DNA from: Mobula hypostoma
Lineage: Eukaryota
Assembly: GCF_963921235.1 (NCBI RefSeq)
Contig: NC_086107.1
Span: 101,000,001-101,064,000 of the forward strand
DNA: 64,000 nucleotides
Direction of reading: 5' to 3'
Position numbers and translations under genes: made by a program. Of this stretch, positions 12,768 to 26,396 are shown in pieces. Position 1 is the stretch's first letter, and the number at the start of each line of letters is the position of its first letter. Below the pieces are notes generated by a model. The model was not told the DNA's origin, searched no databases, and saw only the letters and a program-made list of their open reading frames with translations.

Positions 12768-15700
12768 GTTTGTTTGCCAGTGAGAAACATGAGGAAGGAG
12801 AGGGAGACCAGTGAGGACTTGGTACAGATGCGTTAACTGGTGTGGGATTGGGGTTGCCGATATTCCAGAATTTAACAGTTAAAATAGAATAGAATAGAAT
12901 AGAACTTTATTGTTGTTGCTCAAGACAATGAGATTGTGATGCTACTCCAGTCCATGTAAAACAGACACTTACAACGTGGAAAGTCTTAATATATATTAAA
13001 AAATCCCCATATTTACACGCAACGTGACTTTGATAGTCCATGACACTCAAAGGCCATTGGCAAACCAGGGTGCAGCATTGTTCAGCTGCACAGTAGCCCT
13101 CAGGAAGAAGCTGATTTTCGGTCTTATTGTCTTGGCTAAGATGTTTCTGTATCTCCTACCGATGGCAGGAGATTGAACAGACAGTGTCTGGGATGGGAGG
13201 GGTCTTTAATGATGTTACGAGCGTGCGTGGGCATCGAGAGTTGTAGATTGTCTCCAGGTTTGGTAGTTGAGTCCCAACGATGTGCTGAGCCATCCTAATC
13301 GCCCATTAGAGTGCTTTGTGTTCTCTGCAGTGAGAGCACCACACTGTCATTCCGTATGTCAGTATGCCCCCTATCACACTTCAATAAAAGTTAGCCAGCA
13401 CTCTTTGAGGCAGACCAGCACCTGAGCAGGTATAGTCACTGTCACGCCTTCCCTCCTGTCGAGGTCGTGTTTTAATCTCCAGCACACTGCAATGAGCAAA
13501 AACAAAATTTCATCAGTTTTTGAACAGATGGGCTTCCTCCCACGGCCTAGATTAATTACCCTCTGTAAATGCCCCTAATGTGTAGGGGGTGGAATCTGGG
13601 GGAGAGCTGGTGGGAATGTGGAGAGAAAGAATGCGATGGGATTAATGTGAATGGCGCTCGGCAGTCAGCACAGACTTTATGGACCGAGTGGCCTCTTTTC
13701 ATGCTCAATTGCCGTAAAAGTTTTGTTTGCATTTTCCCTGAGTATTTTAGCTTTTATAAGAATTTGGATGTAGAAGGGAGGCGGGAGGTTGTTAACTGGG
13801 TGGGGTGGCTGGAGGTGGGATGGCCATATCATGAGGTCTCCAGGAATCACAAGCTCTCAAAACCAGACATTGTGGATCCATCTGGGAAGGCAGTCAAAGA
13901 TTCTTGACCCTACTGAGCTCAGCCCACAATCCCTGTTCTTAATTACAACCCAACAATACACAGTGGTAGATGAACAGACAGACATCAGATGGGACGGTGT
14001 TGAATTCTGGTATCTGTGTAGTCTTCCAACTCTCACGCATTAGCTATATGTACAAAGCTCATCTGCAGCGGCCTGGGTGGTCCCTTTGTGATCTTCACCA
14101 TCCTGTCCCTCGAAGCATGGCCAAGGCAAGGGGTGAAGCTGGGCAAGTAATGACAACAACTAAGAGAGGACTGGCTGGGAGAGTCTTTAACCCAACTCAC
14201 CCAGGGAGCAGTCAACCTCATATCATGTTGAATCAAGTCATGTCGATGGACCTAAGGGAACCGAAACATAAATATTAAGGAGAAAAGAATGTAGATTGTG
14301 CTAAGAGGGTAAAAACTTCAAAGTACATTTGTAATCAATGTACACTGCATACAGCCTTGAGATTTGTCTTCTTGCAGGCAGCCACAAAACAAAGAAACAC
14401 AATAGAAGCCATTTTTAAAAAACACACAAAAAGAACAAATGGTGCGAACAATGAAAAGGTAAACAGACCGTTAACCATAGAGTCCCTGAAAGTGCACCCA
14501 CAGCCATAGAGTCACCTCAGCCCTGAGGCGAGTGAAGCTGGTCCAGGAGCCCGATGGCTGCAGGCCTCAGCCACAGAGTCAGTTCAGCACTGAGCAGTGT
14601 CGATGGCTGCAGGCCACAGCCACAGAGTCAGCTCAGTGCAAGTAAACCTCACAGAGTAGTGAGCTGGACATCACTTCGTCCTCCGCCCTCGATCGAGTTG
14701 CACAAATATTAACACAAGTAAACAAAAACACATGGAACATGAGCTGCAGAGTCCTGGAAAGTGTCTCCACATCTGCATAGTAAAGCCCATCCAGACTGAA
14801 GGGCGACAACTGCTCCCGAACCCGGCGGCATGAAGCCCAAGACTTCTGTACCTCTTGCGTGACAGCTGTAGTGAGAAGAGAGGGAGACTGATCAAATGCA
14901 GGCAGTTGGCGCTGAACACCTGTTCATTATTTGCTCTCATCCAGGACCATTTTAATCTTGCTCGACTCTTTAGTTGGCACGGAACAATGCAGCTGACCAC
15001 AGGCTTGTCTTCTGCCATTAGGCCTCAACACAGCGTCTACACCCAGCGTTAGCCAGCCCGGCCGTACCTGTACTCTCAATAGTTTGGTCCACCAAATCTC
15101 CCAGAAGACCGCAAATGTCTGCCTAGTCGGTTCAAAAGTAGGTGGGGGGGAGGAGGTTCACGGTGGGTGCTTATACCTGCAAAGGCTCAGTACTTCAAGC
15201 AGTCCATCTCTGGATTAATTTATGTTCCACTAATGAGAAGGCCACAAGATAAAGCTGGGGTAAGTTGAAATTTGTGGGTTAGATGGTAATTGGCCACTGT
15301 AAATTGCCCCTGTGTGAGGGTGAGTGGTATTATCTTGGGGGGGTGTTGACGACGTGGGGAGAATACACTGTGGTTAACGTAAATGGGCGGTGGATGGTGA
15401 CCAAAGACTCAGCGAAGGACCTGTTTCTATGCTGTGCAATGACTGTCAAACGGTCACCCCGGGTGAATTCTCATCACATCACTTCCCCTTCCTTAACGAG
15501 ACACTAAAATTGTGGCCTTACTCTGGGTAGGTTCTCATTATAGTCCTGAGCATACTAGGAAGACTTGTTCATAATCCTTTCAATAAAGGCCAACTTTCTA
15601 TTTCTCTCAGTGCCTCAACTTCCTCAGGAGACTAAAGAAATATGGCATGTCCTCTTTGAGCCTGACTAATTCTTATCGATGCATCATAGAAAGCATCCTA

Positions 15701-16153
15701 TCTGGATGCATCTCATCTTCGTAATATAACTGCTGTGCCCGTAACTGCAAAGTGTAGGTGGACACAGCTCAGCACATCACAGGAACCAGCCTCCCTTCTG
15801 CGGACTCTGTCTACAATTCTTGCTGCCTTGGTAAAGCAACCAACGTACCCACAGACCTCAACCACCCTGCACATTCTCTCTTCTTCCCCCACCCCCCATT
15901 GGGCGGGAGATACAGAAGCCTGAAAGCACATCCCACCAGGCTCAGGGACAACTTCTTTCTCATTGTTATAAGGCTTCTAAATGGTCCCTTTTAGTATGAT
16001 AAGATGGATCTCACAATCTGCCTCACTATGGTCTTATATCTTGTTGTCTGCCTGCACTGTTCTTTCTCTGTAACACTTTATTCTGCTCTCTGTTATTATT
16101 TTGCCTCAGTGCACTGTTGAAATGAAGTGATTCATGTGGTAAGCTATTCATAC

Positions 16154-16400
16154 GGTATGGTAGCATAGCGGTTAGCACAACGGTTTACAGTACAGGTCAT
16201 CGGGGTTCGATTCCCACCGCTGCCTGTAAGGAGTTTGTAGGGTGCTCCGGTTTCCTCCCACGGTCCAAAGACTTCCCGGTTGGTGGGTTAATTGGTCATT
16301 GTAAATTGTCCCGTGATGAGGCTGGGATTAAATAGGGTTGCTGGGCGATGCGACTCGAAGGTCTGGAAGGGCCTATTCTCTGCTGTATCTCAATCAATCA
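16154..16400 (+). mobile_element. V-SINE-like element (others near 16890-17170 +, 40225-40530 -, 53560-53825 -)
   Basis: Pol III boxes tagcatagcgg and ggttcgattccc. Central ctccggtttcctcccac..tccaaagac domain. (caat)n tail. Confidence 0.75.
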
Positions 16401-17927
16401 ATCAATCAATAAATAAATAAGAAAGAAAGAAAGAAGCAAAGCTTTCACTGCACTTTGGCCTACGTGACAAAAATTAACTAATTTACAATGACTGGTAACA
16501 TCCTGTTTCTTGCACAGGCTCACCCAGATCTCTTCGTTCACCATCATTTGATAGTCTCGTGCCATTTTATTATTGTTCTGCTTGTCTGCTCTTCCCTTCA
16601 AAATCCATAATTTCCAATAATTTTCAATTTCAAACAAGAGAAAATTTGCAGATGCTGGAAATCCAAGCAACACACACACAAAACGTTGGAGGTACTCAGC
16701 AGGCTAGGCAGCGTCTATGGAAAAGAGTAAACAGTCGACATTTAGGGCTGAGACACTTCGTCAGAACATTTAATGTTCTCAGACCCTTCATCTACTCTCC
16801 TATTTCTCCACATTTCTGCCTCTTTGCCTGCTCACTTAACCTGCCTCTGTCCCTCTGAATCTCCTCTCAACCTGCTTGCCTTCCATGGGGTGCCACAGTA
16901 ACTTAGCAGTTAGCATGAAGATGTTACAGCTCAGGACATTCCAGGGTTCAATTCCAGCACCGTTCTGTAAGGAATCTCTGTACGTCCTCCGCGTGGAACG
17001 CCTGGGGTTTTCTCCGGGTCCTCCAGTTTCCACCCACGGTCTAAAGATGTACATGTCAGATTAATTGGCCATTGTTAGTTGTCCTGTAATTTGATTAGGG
17101 TTAATCATGATTGTCGGGAGTTGCTGGGCCAGCGTGGTTTGTAGGGCCAGAAGAGCCTACTCTGTGCTGTAGGCAGACGGACAGACAAATCAGTCAAATT
17201 TGACTACACTCAATTAGGTTTCTCCTCTGCATCCAAATATCCCATAGAAAGCATTCAGCCTGAATGCATAATGTCTTGGTATGGCAATTGTTCTGTCCGT
17301 GACTGCAAGATACTACGGAAAGTTGTGGACACAGCTAAGCACATCACAGAAAGTAACCTCCCCTCTATGGTCACTGTCCATACTTCCTTTTACCTTGGTA
17401 AGACAGTCAACATAATAAAAGACCCCACCCACCCCGGACATTCTCTCTTCTCCCCTCTCTCATTGGGCTGAAGATACAAAAGCCTAGAAACACGTACCCC
17501 TGGGCTCAAGGATGGCTTCTACCCCGCTGTTATCAGACTCTTGAACAGATCTCGTATATGGTAAGATGAACTCACTCTATCCCTGCTCAGCGAACGGTCT
17601 TTCTCCCTGGATCATGAGCGCAAGTCCCTGAGAGAGTCTGAACCCAATATGTTTTATAAATTGCTACCCACCCTAACCCTAACCCTAACCCAAAGCCAAA
17701 CCTTTGGAGAAAACACAGTCTGCGCTTCCTCCTGTTTAATTTTTAGTAAGACATCAAGTGGAAAGGTCAAATGCCAGGGTATACAGAGGTCAGAGGGTAT
17801 AAGGTGAAAGTTGAACCAGTATCGGGTTACTCAGGGAGGGGAGTGAGATTGTTGATGGAGAGTTGAGTTCAGCAGTGGTGAGAGCTGGGGACAGCACTGT
17901 AACAGTGGCGCCGGTTCCTTTATTTAG

Positions 17928-17993
17928 ATGAACATTACTTGTCTTCAACTCCAGCCCAGGATGTCTCCAAACACCCTTTCAAAAATGGAAGAA
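17928..17993 (+). CDS. Predicted internal exon MNITCLQLQPRMSPNTLSKMEE
   Basis: Acceptor ttcctttatttag, donor gtctgt, 66 nt. PR....TLSK.E aligns with HR....TFSR.D of exon 46148. Confidence 0.55.
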
Positions 17994-19922
17994 GTCTGTT
18001 TAGGTAGGGGCTGGCAGCTCTAAACCAGGGGTGATGTGCATGGGGAAATGATCCTCAGCCCAACGTGAATTGTGAAGTCTTTCAAGTGTTGATAGCCGTA
18101 ACACAGGGGGTAAAAGAGAATTGGGTTATTTTATTAGACGAATCTGTGTTTCACTTCCTTCCCAAAGGCTTCAACTCCATTCCAGCTGACAGTTCAACCT
18201 TGCTAAATGTTCCCAGTACCTTCCCCAAGCTTAGATAACACAAAATGTACCTTATGAGAATAGGTTGAGTGAACTTGGCCTTTTCTCCTTGGAGCGACGG
18301 AGGATGAGAGGTGACCTGGCAGAGGTGTATAAGATGATGAGGGGCATTGATTGTGTGGTTAGTCAGACGCTTTTTCCCAGGGCTGAAATGGCTAACACGA
18401 GGGGGCATAGTTATAAGGTGCTTGGAAATGGGTACTGAGGGGATGTGAGGGATAAGTTTTTCACACAGAGATTGGTGGGTGCATGGAATGCACTGCCAGC
18501 GGCGGTGGTGGAGGTGGATACTATAGGGACTTTTAAGAGCCTCTTAGATAGGTATATGGTGCTTGGAAAAATAGAGGGCTATGCAGTAGGGAAATTCCAG
18601 GCAGCTTCTAGAGTGAGTTACATGGTCGGCACAACATTGTGGGCCTAAGTGCCTGTAATGTGCTGTAAATTTCTATGTTCTATGTTCTAAAATGGGAAAA
18701 ATGGATTTAAAATGGTTCAAATGGTTCAATTTAATATCAGATAATGTATACAGTACACAACCTGAAATTCTTACTCTTCACAGACATCCATGAAACAAGA
18801 AACCCCAAAGAATGAATGATGGAAATATCAGAACCCCAAAGCCCCCCTCCCCCTCCCACAGACCAACAGGAGTAGAAGCATCAACCCTCTCCCTCCACCT
18901 CCCCCCCCACTTGCGCCAGCAGAAACACCCCCTCCGCCATGCAAGCAATAGCAAAAGCCCCCAAAAGACCTGGATGTAGAGTCCATCGAAGATGACAATC
19001 CATAACCCTGCTCTTTGGTATCTCAGACAGGCTCTCTCTGTCTCTCTCTCTCCAGAGAGATCGCTGCTGCAGCGACGAGAGCAGAGGCCAGCAGCTCGCT
19101 GTCCCAAGGTTACGTGTGTAGTCTGCAATCTCAGAGCACTCCACAGTGCTTTAAAGGCAATGATACACATTCAGAACATAGTCACAGCAGCCCATTTAGG
19201 ATCAGCAATATCCTACAAATGCAATGTCCCATTTTGGTGGTTTTTGGGGAGGTGGAATATTAATCCCTAAAGTAGAGGATCAATGGAGAGAGTCAGAATC
19301 AGGTCTATTGTCATTGACAAATGCTGTGAAATTTGTTGCTTTGTGACAGCAGTACACTGGAAGACAAACATTACTACTGTATATGCTACAATAAATAAAA
19401 ATGTAGCAAGATATTGTCCATAGACCATTCAGAAATCAGATAGCAGGGGGAAGGATGATGTTCCTAAGTCACTGAGTGTGGGTCTTCGGGCTCCTGTATC
19501 AATGGTGGTAATGAGAAAGGATGATGAAGATCCTTATTGATGGATGCTATCTTCTTGAGGCACCGTCTTTTGAAGATGCCCTTCTTGGTGGAGAGGATAG
19601 TGCTTGTGATGGAACTGGCTGATTCTACAACCCCCCGCAGCCTCTTGTGATCTTGTGCATTCAAAGTCCCGTACCAGACAGTGATGTATCCAGTCAGATT
19701 GCTCTCCATCTGTGGAAGTTTGCAGAGCCTTTGATGACGTACCAAATCTCACATAGAGACGTTATCTTAATATCATATGCAGCCTTCCATCAGCAGTGAC
19801 AGTGCAGTGTTAGGTTAGGTTATGTCCTGAGGTTCCCTGAATATGGTTTAAAGCTACAGTCAAACTCAGAAGCTGGTTGCATTTCTCATCTCTGTAAGAG
19901 TAGGTGTACCATTCATATACAC

Positions 19923-19998
19923 GTGGAATCATCTGTACTCAGCAATGAATCCAACAGTGGTCCATGTGATGTTGCCTCATCTATCAAGCTCCTCAAAG
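19923..19998 (+). pseudogene. Probable dead copy of a type B exon (VESSVLSNESNSGPCDVASSIKLLK)
   Basis: V1, E2, V5, S7, C15 and S19 match 12687. Preceded by ac instead of ag, followed by gcaaat, 76 nt. Confidence 0.4.
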
Positions 19999-22900
19999 GC
20001 AAATGGGCATCTTAGCTGCATAACACAAAATCGGGCCATTTGGCCCATCGGATCCAAGCCAGCACCCAGCAGAGCTATCCCATCAGTCCTATGATTCCCC
20101 CTGCCCCTGCATCTTATTCTCACTCACAGGCTCATTAGTTACCCTTTCTTTCCTTTGCCATCTGGTTACACTCTGGGTAATTTATAGCAGTGAATTAACC
20201 AGCCACCAACAGTCTTTAGGATGTTGGAAGAACCTGGAGCACTAGAGAGAACTCAACCACTCTGGAACAACCCCAGATCTGGATACACCATGGAAGGAGC
20301 TGTATCCAGTAGATTTCCAAATGTTTATTGATGCAAGCAAGGTTATCTTACTCCTGTATGCGACTGGGATATTTATAATATTCCACATGCAGAGGTTTAC
20401 GAACCTCCTCTCCACTATAGATTTGCTTGTCTGAACCGTTAAGTTTCTCCCCTTGTTTAGCAAAGGTGTTTGCAACAGCTCACATTTGCATAGCTCTTCT
20501 AATGTAGAAGATGTTCCAAGACACTTTGTAGAAGTGGAGTCAGGCAGAAGTCAACACCAAGCCTATGAAGATGTTAAGGGAATGGAAAGCTTGTCACAGA
20601 GTTGCGTCTCTTGGAAGGCTGTTAAGGGAGAAGGTGCTGAGGGTAAGAGGTTGAGAGAGGAAATTCCAGATCTGGGATTCAGATGGCTTGACTGTTGGGT
20701 GTCGGGAGGACAGAAGAAAAGGTTTAGAGGGCTGAAGGATGTTAGAATCACGGCACTTAGGAGGAAGCTATGCAGTTTGTGGAGCTCCTGCCAACCCTTT
20801 GAAAGAAGTATCTGATATCTCACCTCCCTGGCCTCTCTCCGTAGTCCAGTAAAACTTTTCAAATCAACATCCACTCTTTCAAGCATAATTGGTAAATGGT
20901 CTTTTATAGTCGCATGTACCAAGGTATAGTGAAAAACTTTGTTTTGTGTGCCATCCATATAGATCACGTCATCATATCTAGTACATAGGAAAGGCAATAA
21001 GAGAATGCAGAATGAAGTGTTGCAGTTACAGAGAAAGTGCGGTGCAGGCAGACGATAAGGATCACAGCCATGGCGAAGTAGCTTGTGCGTTCAAGACCAT
21101 CTTATCGTACAAGAGGACCAATAAGTAGTGGGATGGGAGCTGTCCTTGAGCTTGATGCAATGTGCTTTCAGATTTGTTGTATCTTGTGCCCAGTGGGAGG
21201 GTGGGAAAGAGAGAATGTCTGGGGTGGGAGGGGTCTTTGGTTACGTTAGCTGCTTTAATAATAATACTACTTTGTTGATCCCAAGTGGGAAATTTGTTAC
21301 AGCAGCAACATTTAAAAGCACACTTAGCAGTGTGCAGACTTAACTAATAATAATGTACAGAATAATAATATACACAATAATAATTTACCAAGGCAACGAG
21401 AATTTTATTGTGTATTCCAGTTTCTATCACTTGCCTATTGCGTCTAAAGAAGCATCTCGGTTTTCTTCCACCTCCTTTGCCAATCCGTATTTCTGATTAG
21501 TGGTCCCTCGCCTGTCGAAACGTTCTTGATCTATTTACTCTAACAAAGCCCCCCATCATTTTGAGAGCACCCATTAAATCGCTTAACAGTTTTAATCCTG
21601 AGAAAAGATTCTTCAATCTCCTCCTTTCGGACAAGCATCCTCTGCACTCTGACTGGGATGCTATTCCAAAATGCTGTGCTCTGAAATGGGCACAGTACTC
21701 CAACTCAACACACACAAAGTGCTGGAGGAGCTCAGCAGGTCAGGCAGCACGCAAAGTGCAGGAGGACTCTAACTGAAGCCTATCCGGTGTTTCTTAAAGA
21801 TGTGTTGTTTGTACGCCCCATGTCTCAATAAACGTCCAAGGATTCCATCTTTTTGTTTATGTACAACTTTCCTTGTGGCTACCAAGTTTTGTGTTTGTCA
21901 TCACATCCATTTTCCTGCACTTCCTCTCAAACTTGAGCTTTCACCCAGGAGTCAGAGAGTCACACGGGTCCTTCGGCCCACCTTGTCAATGCTGACCATC
22001 AAGTCCTATCTGTATTGAGCCCACTTACCAGTACTTGGTCGTTAGCCCTCTATATCAAGATCAATCCAGATACTCCTTAGATGTTATGAGGATACTTGCT
22101 TTCACCAACCCTCCTGGTGAGAACATGAGAACAATTCTTCCTCAGATCCTCGGACTCTTCCCCCTTCCCCTGTACTTGCATCCTCTTGACTATAACACCT
22201 CTGTCATAGAGCAAGGTTTCTACTGTCTACCCTGTCTATGCCCAAATACTGCCTCTCATTGATTTTTGACCTGCTTTGTGAAGAGAAGGGCGAAGAGACT
22301 TGAATATGAGGGTTCACGTTTAAAATTTTGCACAATAGGTGGCAGAAGCATCTGAATAATAAAGAAATTGAAATTCTAACGTGTGTAGTGACATTTACTG
22401 GACCAGGCTGGTACGGATTTATTGATGATAAAAGTAACCAGCTGGAATTAGTTAATAGTCTGATGGGTGTGGATAACTTTGCAAAGAGTGATTGAAAGTG
22501 ATGCAAGATAGAGAGAGAGGAAAAGAGTGTAAAGTTGTTACATTTAGCGAAGGTGAACGTAGGAAAGAGGCTTGACTTAATCACAAACAACAGGAATTCT
22601 GCAGATGCTGGAAATTCAAGCAACACACATAAAAGTTGCTGGTGAACGCAGCAGGCCAGGCAGCATCTCTAGGAAGAGGTGCAGTCGACGTTTCAGGCTG
22701 AGACCCTTCATCCTGATCGACAGGCATCAGTTAAACATCTGGCGTGATGCAAAACTTCTAGAAGTCCCTAAAAGCCTTCAATTGTGCCATTTAACAACCG
22801 TAGCCAATGAAGCATTAGATATAAGGAAACGATTTCACAAATACAAAGGTAAACTGATTCGGTGGCTTAAGAAATACGTGCATTGGAAAAACACAGCAAG

Positions 22901-24097
22901 CGATGTTACACAGGAGTTTCTGCAGATGCTGGTAACCTTGAGCAGCACACACAAAATGCTTCAAGAGACTTGAAGACCTTGGCCTCGTACCTCCCCGTGC
23001 AACTGGATCCTTGATTCCTCACTTGCAGACTCCAGTCAGTTCGGATTGGCAACAACACCTCCTCCACAATCTCCATCAGCACAGGTGACCCACAAGGCTG
23101 TGTGCTTAGCCCCCTGCTCTTCTCGCTTCATACTGTATTTATGACCGCGTGGCTTATTTCCGTTGCCTTATTTTAAGTTTGCTGACAACAGTACTGTCAT
23201 TGGCCGAATCAAAGCTGGTGACACATTACACCAGCATGTCGGAGAGAGGTTGAAAATCTGGCTGAGTGTGGCCAACCTCACGCTCAGTGTCAGCAAGGCC
23301 ATCGATCTGATTATTGACTTCCAGAGGAGGAAACCTGAGGTCCACGAGCCCGTCCACATCGGGGGATCAGAGGTGGAGAGGGTCAGCAATGTTAAATTCC
23401 TCGGTGTTATCCTTTTTCCACTATGGTTATAACTTCAGTCCTGGCCATGATTGCTCAATACCTTTCCCTAGATGATGCTCTGCACTTTGCACTAAGAGGA
23501 TTACCCTTTGCTCTATGTTTGAAGCTGTATTTATAGAGCTCCTTCCACGAGTTTGGGGTTGCACTGATAGAACAAAGCGGAGAGCGTTCCTCCCCAAGTC
23601 TGGTGTTGTGCTCATTGACCTACAGGTGACACAGTGGTTACCCTTCCAAGTCCAAGTGGCTACTAGGTCTTGCTGAGCCTGGCCATGAATCGTCTCCATC
23701 CCAGGTATTCAGCAGGGCAGGCAACATCTCTGGAAAGGGAACTTGGGTTAATATTTTAGATCAGTAACCCTTCATCAAGCCAATGAACCGAAAAAATTTC
23801 TCTACGTACGCTGTCTGAACTACTGAGTATTTCCTGTGTTCTGTTTGCATTCTAAGTGATGGTGCCTCCTGAGACAACATCCGAAGGGGGAGAAATGTTG
23901 TGTTGATACCCACTGTCAGTGTGAGTTGCCAGGCTACTGTTGGTGAGAGATGGCATCCTATAAATTCCTAACCTTCTTGTCCCCAGGTTGGTCGCCAAAT
24001 ATGAGTGTCACATGCCTTCAGTTTTATTAGAGTCTCAGCAAAAACCCAAACTCTGTTCCTTTCCTTGTATAAACCCATGGTTTGTTTACTTTTTCAG

Positions 24098-24163
24098 GTA
24101 GATGGAAGGTTTTCAAAAGAAGACTCAAGTTCATACACTGGATATCTGCAGTCTGCTGCCAAG
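24098..24163 (+). CDS. Predicted internal exon VDGRFSKEDSSSYTGYLQSAAK
   Basis: Acceptor ttgtttactttttcag, donor gttggt, 66 nt. SKEDSSSYTGYLQS aligns with SIEETSSCIGYRQS (50845). Confidence 0.78.
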
Positions 24164-25373
24164 GTTGGTATTTACATACCAGAAAGGACAAATCATTTCA
24201 CAGCAGTGGGAGTGATGTGAGATTATCTGGTCAATAAAACTGTGCTAGGAATTCCTCGCGCCACACATCAAAAGCTGGAGTAACTCAGCAGATCAGGCAG
24301 CATCTATGGAAATTAATAAGCAGGCGATGTTTTGGGCTGCGACCCTTCATCAGGACTGGGAAGGAAGGGGGAAGGGGAAGGAGGACAAACTGGAAGGTAA
24401 AGGACTGGAGAAGAAGGAATCTGAGAGGAGAGGAGAGTGGACCATGAGTGAAATGGATGAAGAAGAGGCACCAGGGGAAGTGATAGGCAGGTGAGGGAAA
24501 GAGATAAGAGGGCAGAGTGGGGAATGGTTGAAATGGGAAGGGGGAAGGAGAAAAGAAAAGAAAAAAAATTACCAGAAGTAGAAATGTATATTCATGCCAT
24601 CAGGTTGGAGGCTACCTAGACAGAATATGAGGTGTTGCTCCTCCACGCTGAGAGTGGTCTCATCTAGGCAGAAGAGGAGGCCAGGGACTGACATATCGGA
24701 AAAAGAATGGGATTTTCTGCTGCTTACAGGGATAAGTCCCAGGAGAGAGATTAGTGAGGATGGATGAATGGACAAGGGAATCGTGGAGAGAGCGGTTCCT
24801 ACAGAAAGCGGAGAGTAGGGGAGGGGAGGTAAAGATGTACTTGGCGGTAGGATCCTGTTGAAGATGGCGGAAGTTGTAGAGAATGATGTGTTGGATGCAG
24901 AGGCTCATGTGGGGTGGTAAGTGAGGACACGAGGAACTGTATCCCTGTTAAGATGGGGCGAGTGCAGTGTCCGAGCAACAGAGGGGATGTGGGTGAGGGA
25001 AGAATCCATGGTGAAGGAAGGAGAACCTCATTCTTTGAAGAAAGAAGACATCTCTGATATCCTGGAAAGAAAAGCCTCATCCTGGGAACAGATGTGGAGA
25101 TGAAAGAACTGAGAAAATAAATAACCTTTTTACAGGAAGAGGTGTAGTCAAGTTAGGCATGGGAATCGGTAAGTTTATAAAAGAAGTTGGTAGACAGTTT
25201 GTCTCCAGAGATGGAGAGAGAAAGACCGAGAAAGGGGAGAGAGGTGTCAAATGGACCAAGTGAATTTAAGAAGGCAAACACGAGGAATTCTGCAGATGCT
25301 GGAAATTCAAGCAACACACATCAAAGTTGCTGGTGAACACAGCAGGCCAGGCAGCATTTCTAGGAAGAGGTAC

Positions 25374-25409
25374 AGTCAACGTTTCAGGCCGAGACCCTTC
25401 GTCAGGACT
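25374..25409 (-). ncRNA. Minimal type I hammerhead ribozyme (GUU site)
   Basis: Reverse complement: AGTC CTGACGA A GGGT CTCG GCCT GAAA CG TT GACT. Confidence 0.8.
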
Positions 25410-26360
25410 AACTGAAAGAAGAGCTAGTAAGAGATTTGAGAGGGGGAGGGGGAGATCCGAAATGATAGGAGAAGACAGGAGGGGGAGGGATGGAGCCAAG
25501 AGCTGGACAGGTGATTGGCAAAAGGGATATGAGAGGATCATGGGACAGGAGGCCTAGGGAGAAGGAAAAGGGGGAGGGGGGGAAACCCAGAGGATGGGCA
25601 AGGGGTATAGTCAGAGGGACAGAGGGAGAAAAAGGAGAGTGAGAGAAAGAATGTGTGCATAAAAATGAGTAACAGCTGGGGTACAAGGGGGAGGTGGGGC
25701 CTAGCGGAAGTTAGAGAAGTCAATGTTCATGCCATCAGGTTGGAGGCTACCCAGACGGAATATAAGGTGTTGTTCCTCCAACCTGAGTGTGGCTTCATCT
25801 TTACAGTAAAGGAGGCCGTGGATAGACATGTCAGAATGGGAATGGGATGTGGAATTAAAATGTGTGGCCACTGGGAGATCCTGCTTTCTCTGGCGGCCAC
25901 ACATTTTAATTCCACATCCCATTCCTATTCTGACATGTCTATCCACGGCCTCCTTTACTGTAAAGATGAAGCCACACTCAGGTTGGAGGAACAACACCTT
26001 ATATTCCGTCTGGGTAGCCTCCAACCTGATGGCATGAACGTTGACTTCTCTAACTTCCGTTAATGCCCCACCTCCCCCTCGTACCCCATCCGTTATTTAC
26101 TTATATACACACATTCTTTCTCTCGCTCTCCTTTTTCTCCCTCTGTCCCTCTGACTATACCCCTTGCCCATCCTCTGGGCTTCCCCCCCCCCCCTTTTCC
26201 TTCTCCCTGGGCCTCCTGTCCCGTGATCCTCTCATATCCCTTTTGCCAATCACCTGTCCAGCTCTTGGCTCCATCCCTCCCCCTCCTGTCTTCTCCTATC
26301 ATTTTGGATCTCCCCCTCCCCCTCCCACTTTCAAATCTCTTACTAGATCTTCCTTCAGTT

Positions 26361-26396
26361 AGTCCTGACGAAGGGTCTCGGCCAGAAACGTCGACT
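26361..26396 (+). ncRNA. Minimal hammerhead with a mismatched stem II closing pair
   Basis: AGTC CTGACGA A GGGT CTCG GCCA GAAA CG TC GACT. Confidence 0.7.

Noticed and set aside
15083..15137. 55-nt ag...gtaggt segment
   Set aside because: Frameshifting length and no motif similarity.
17671..17691. (CCCTAA)3 telomere-like tract
   Set aside because: Too short to interpret and not linked to a PLE end.
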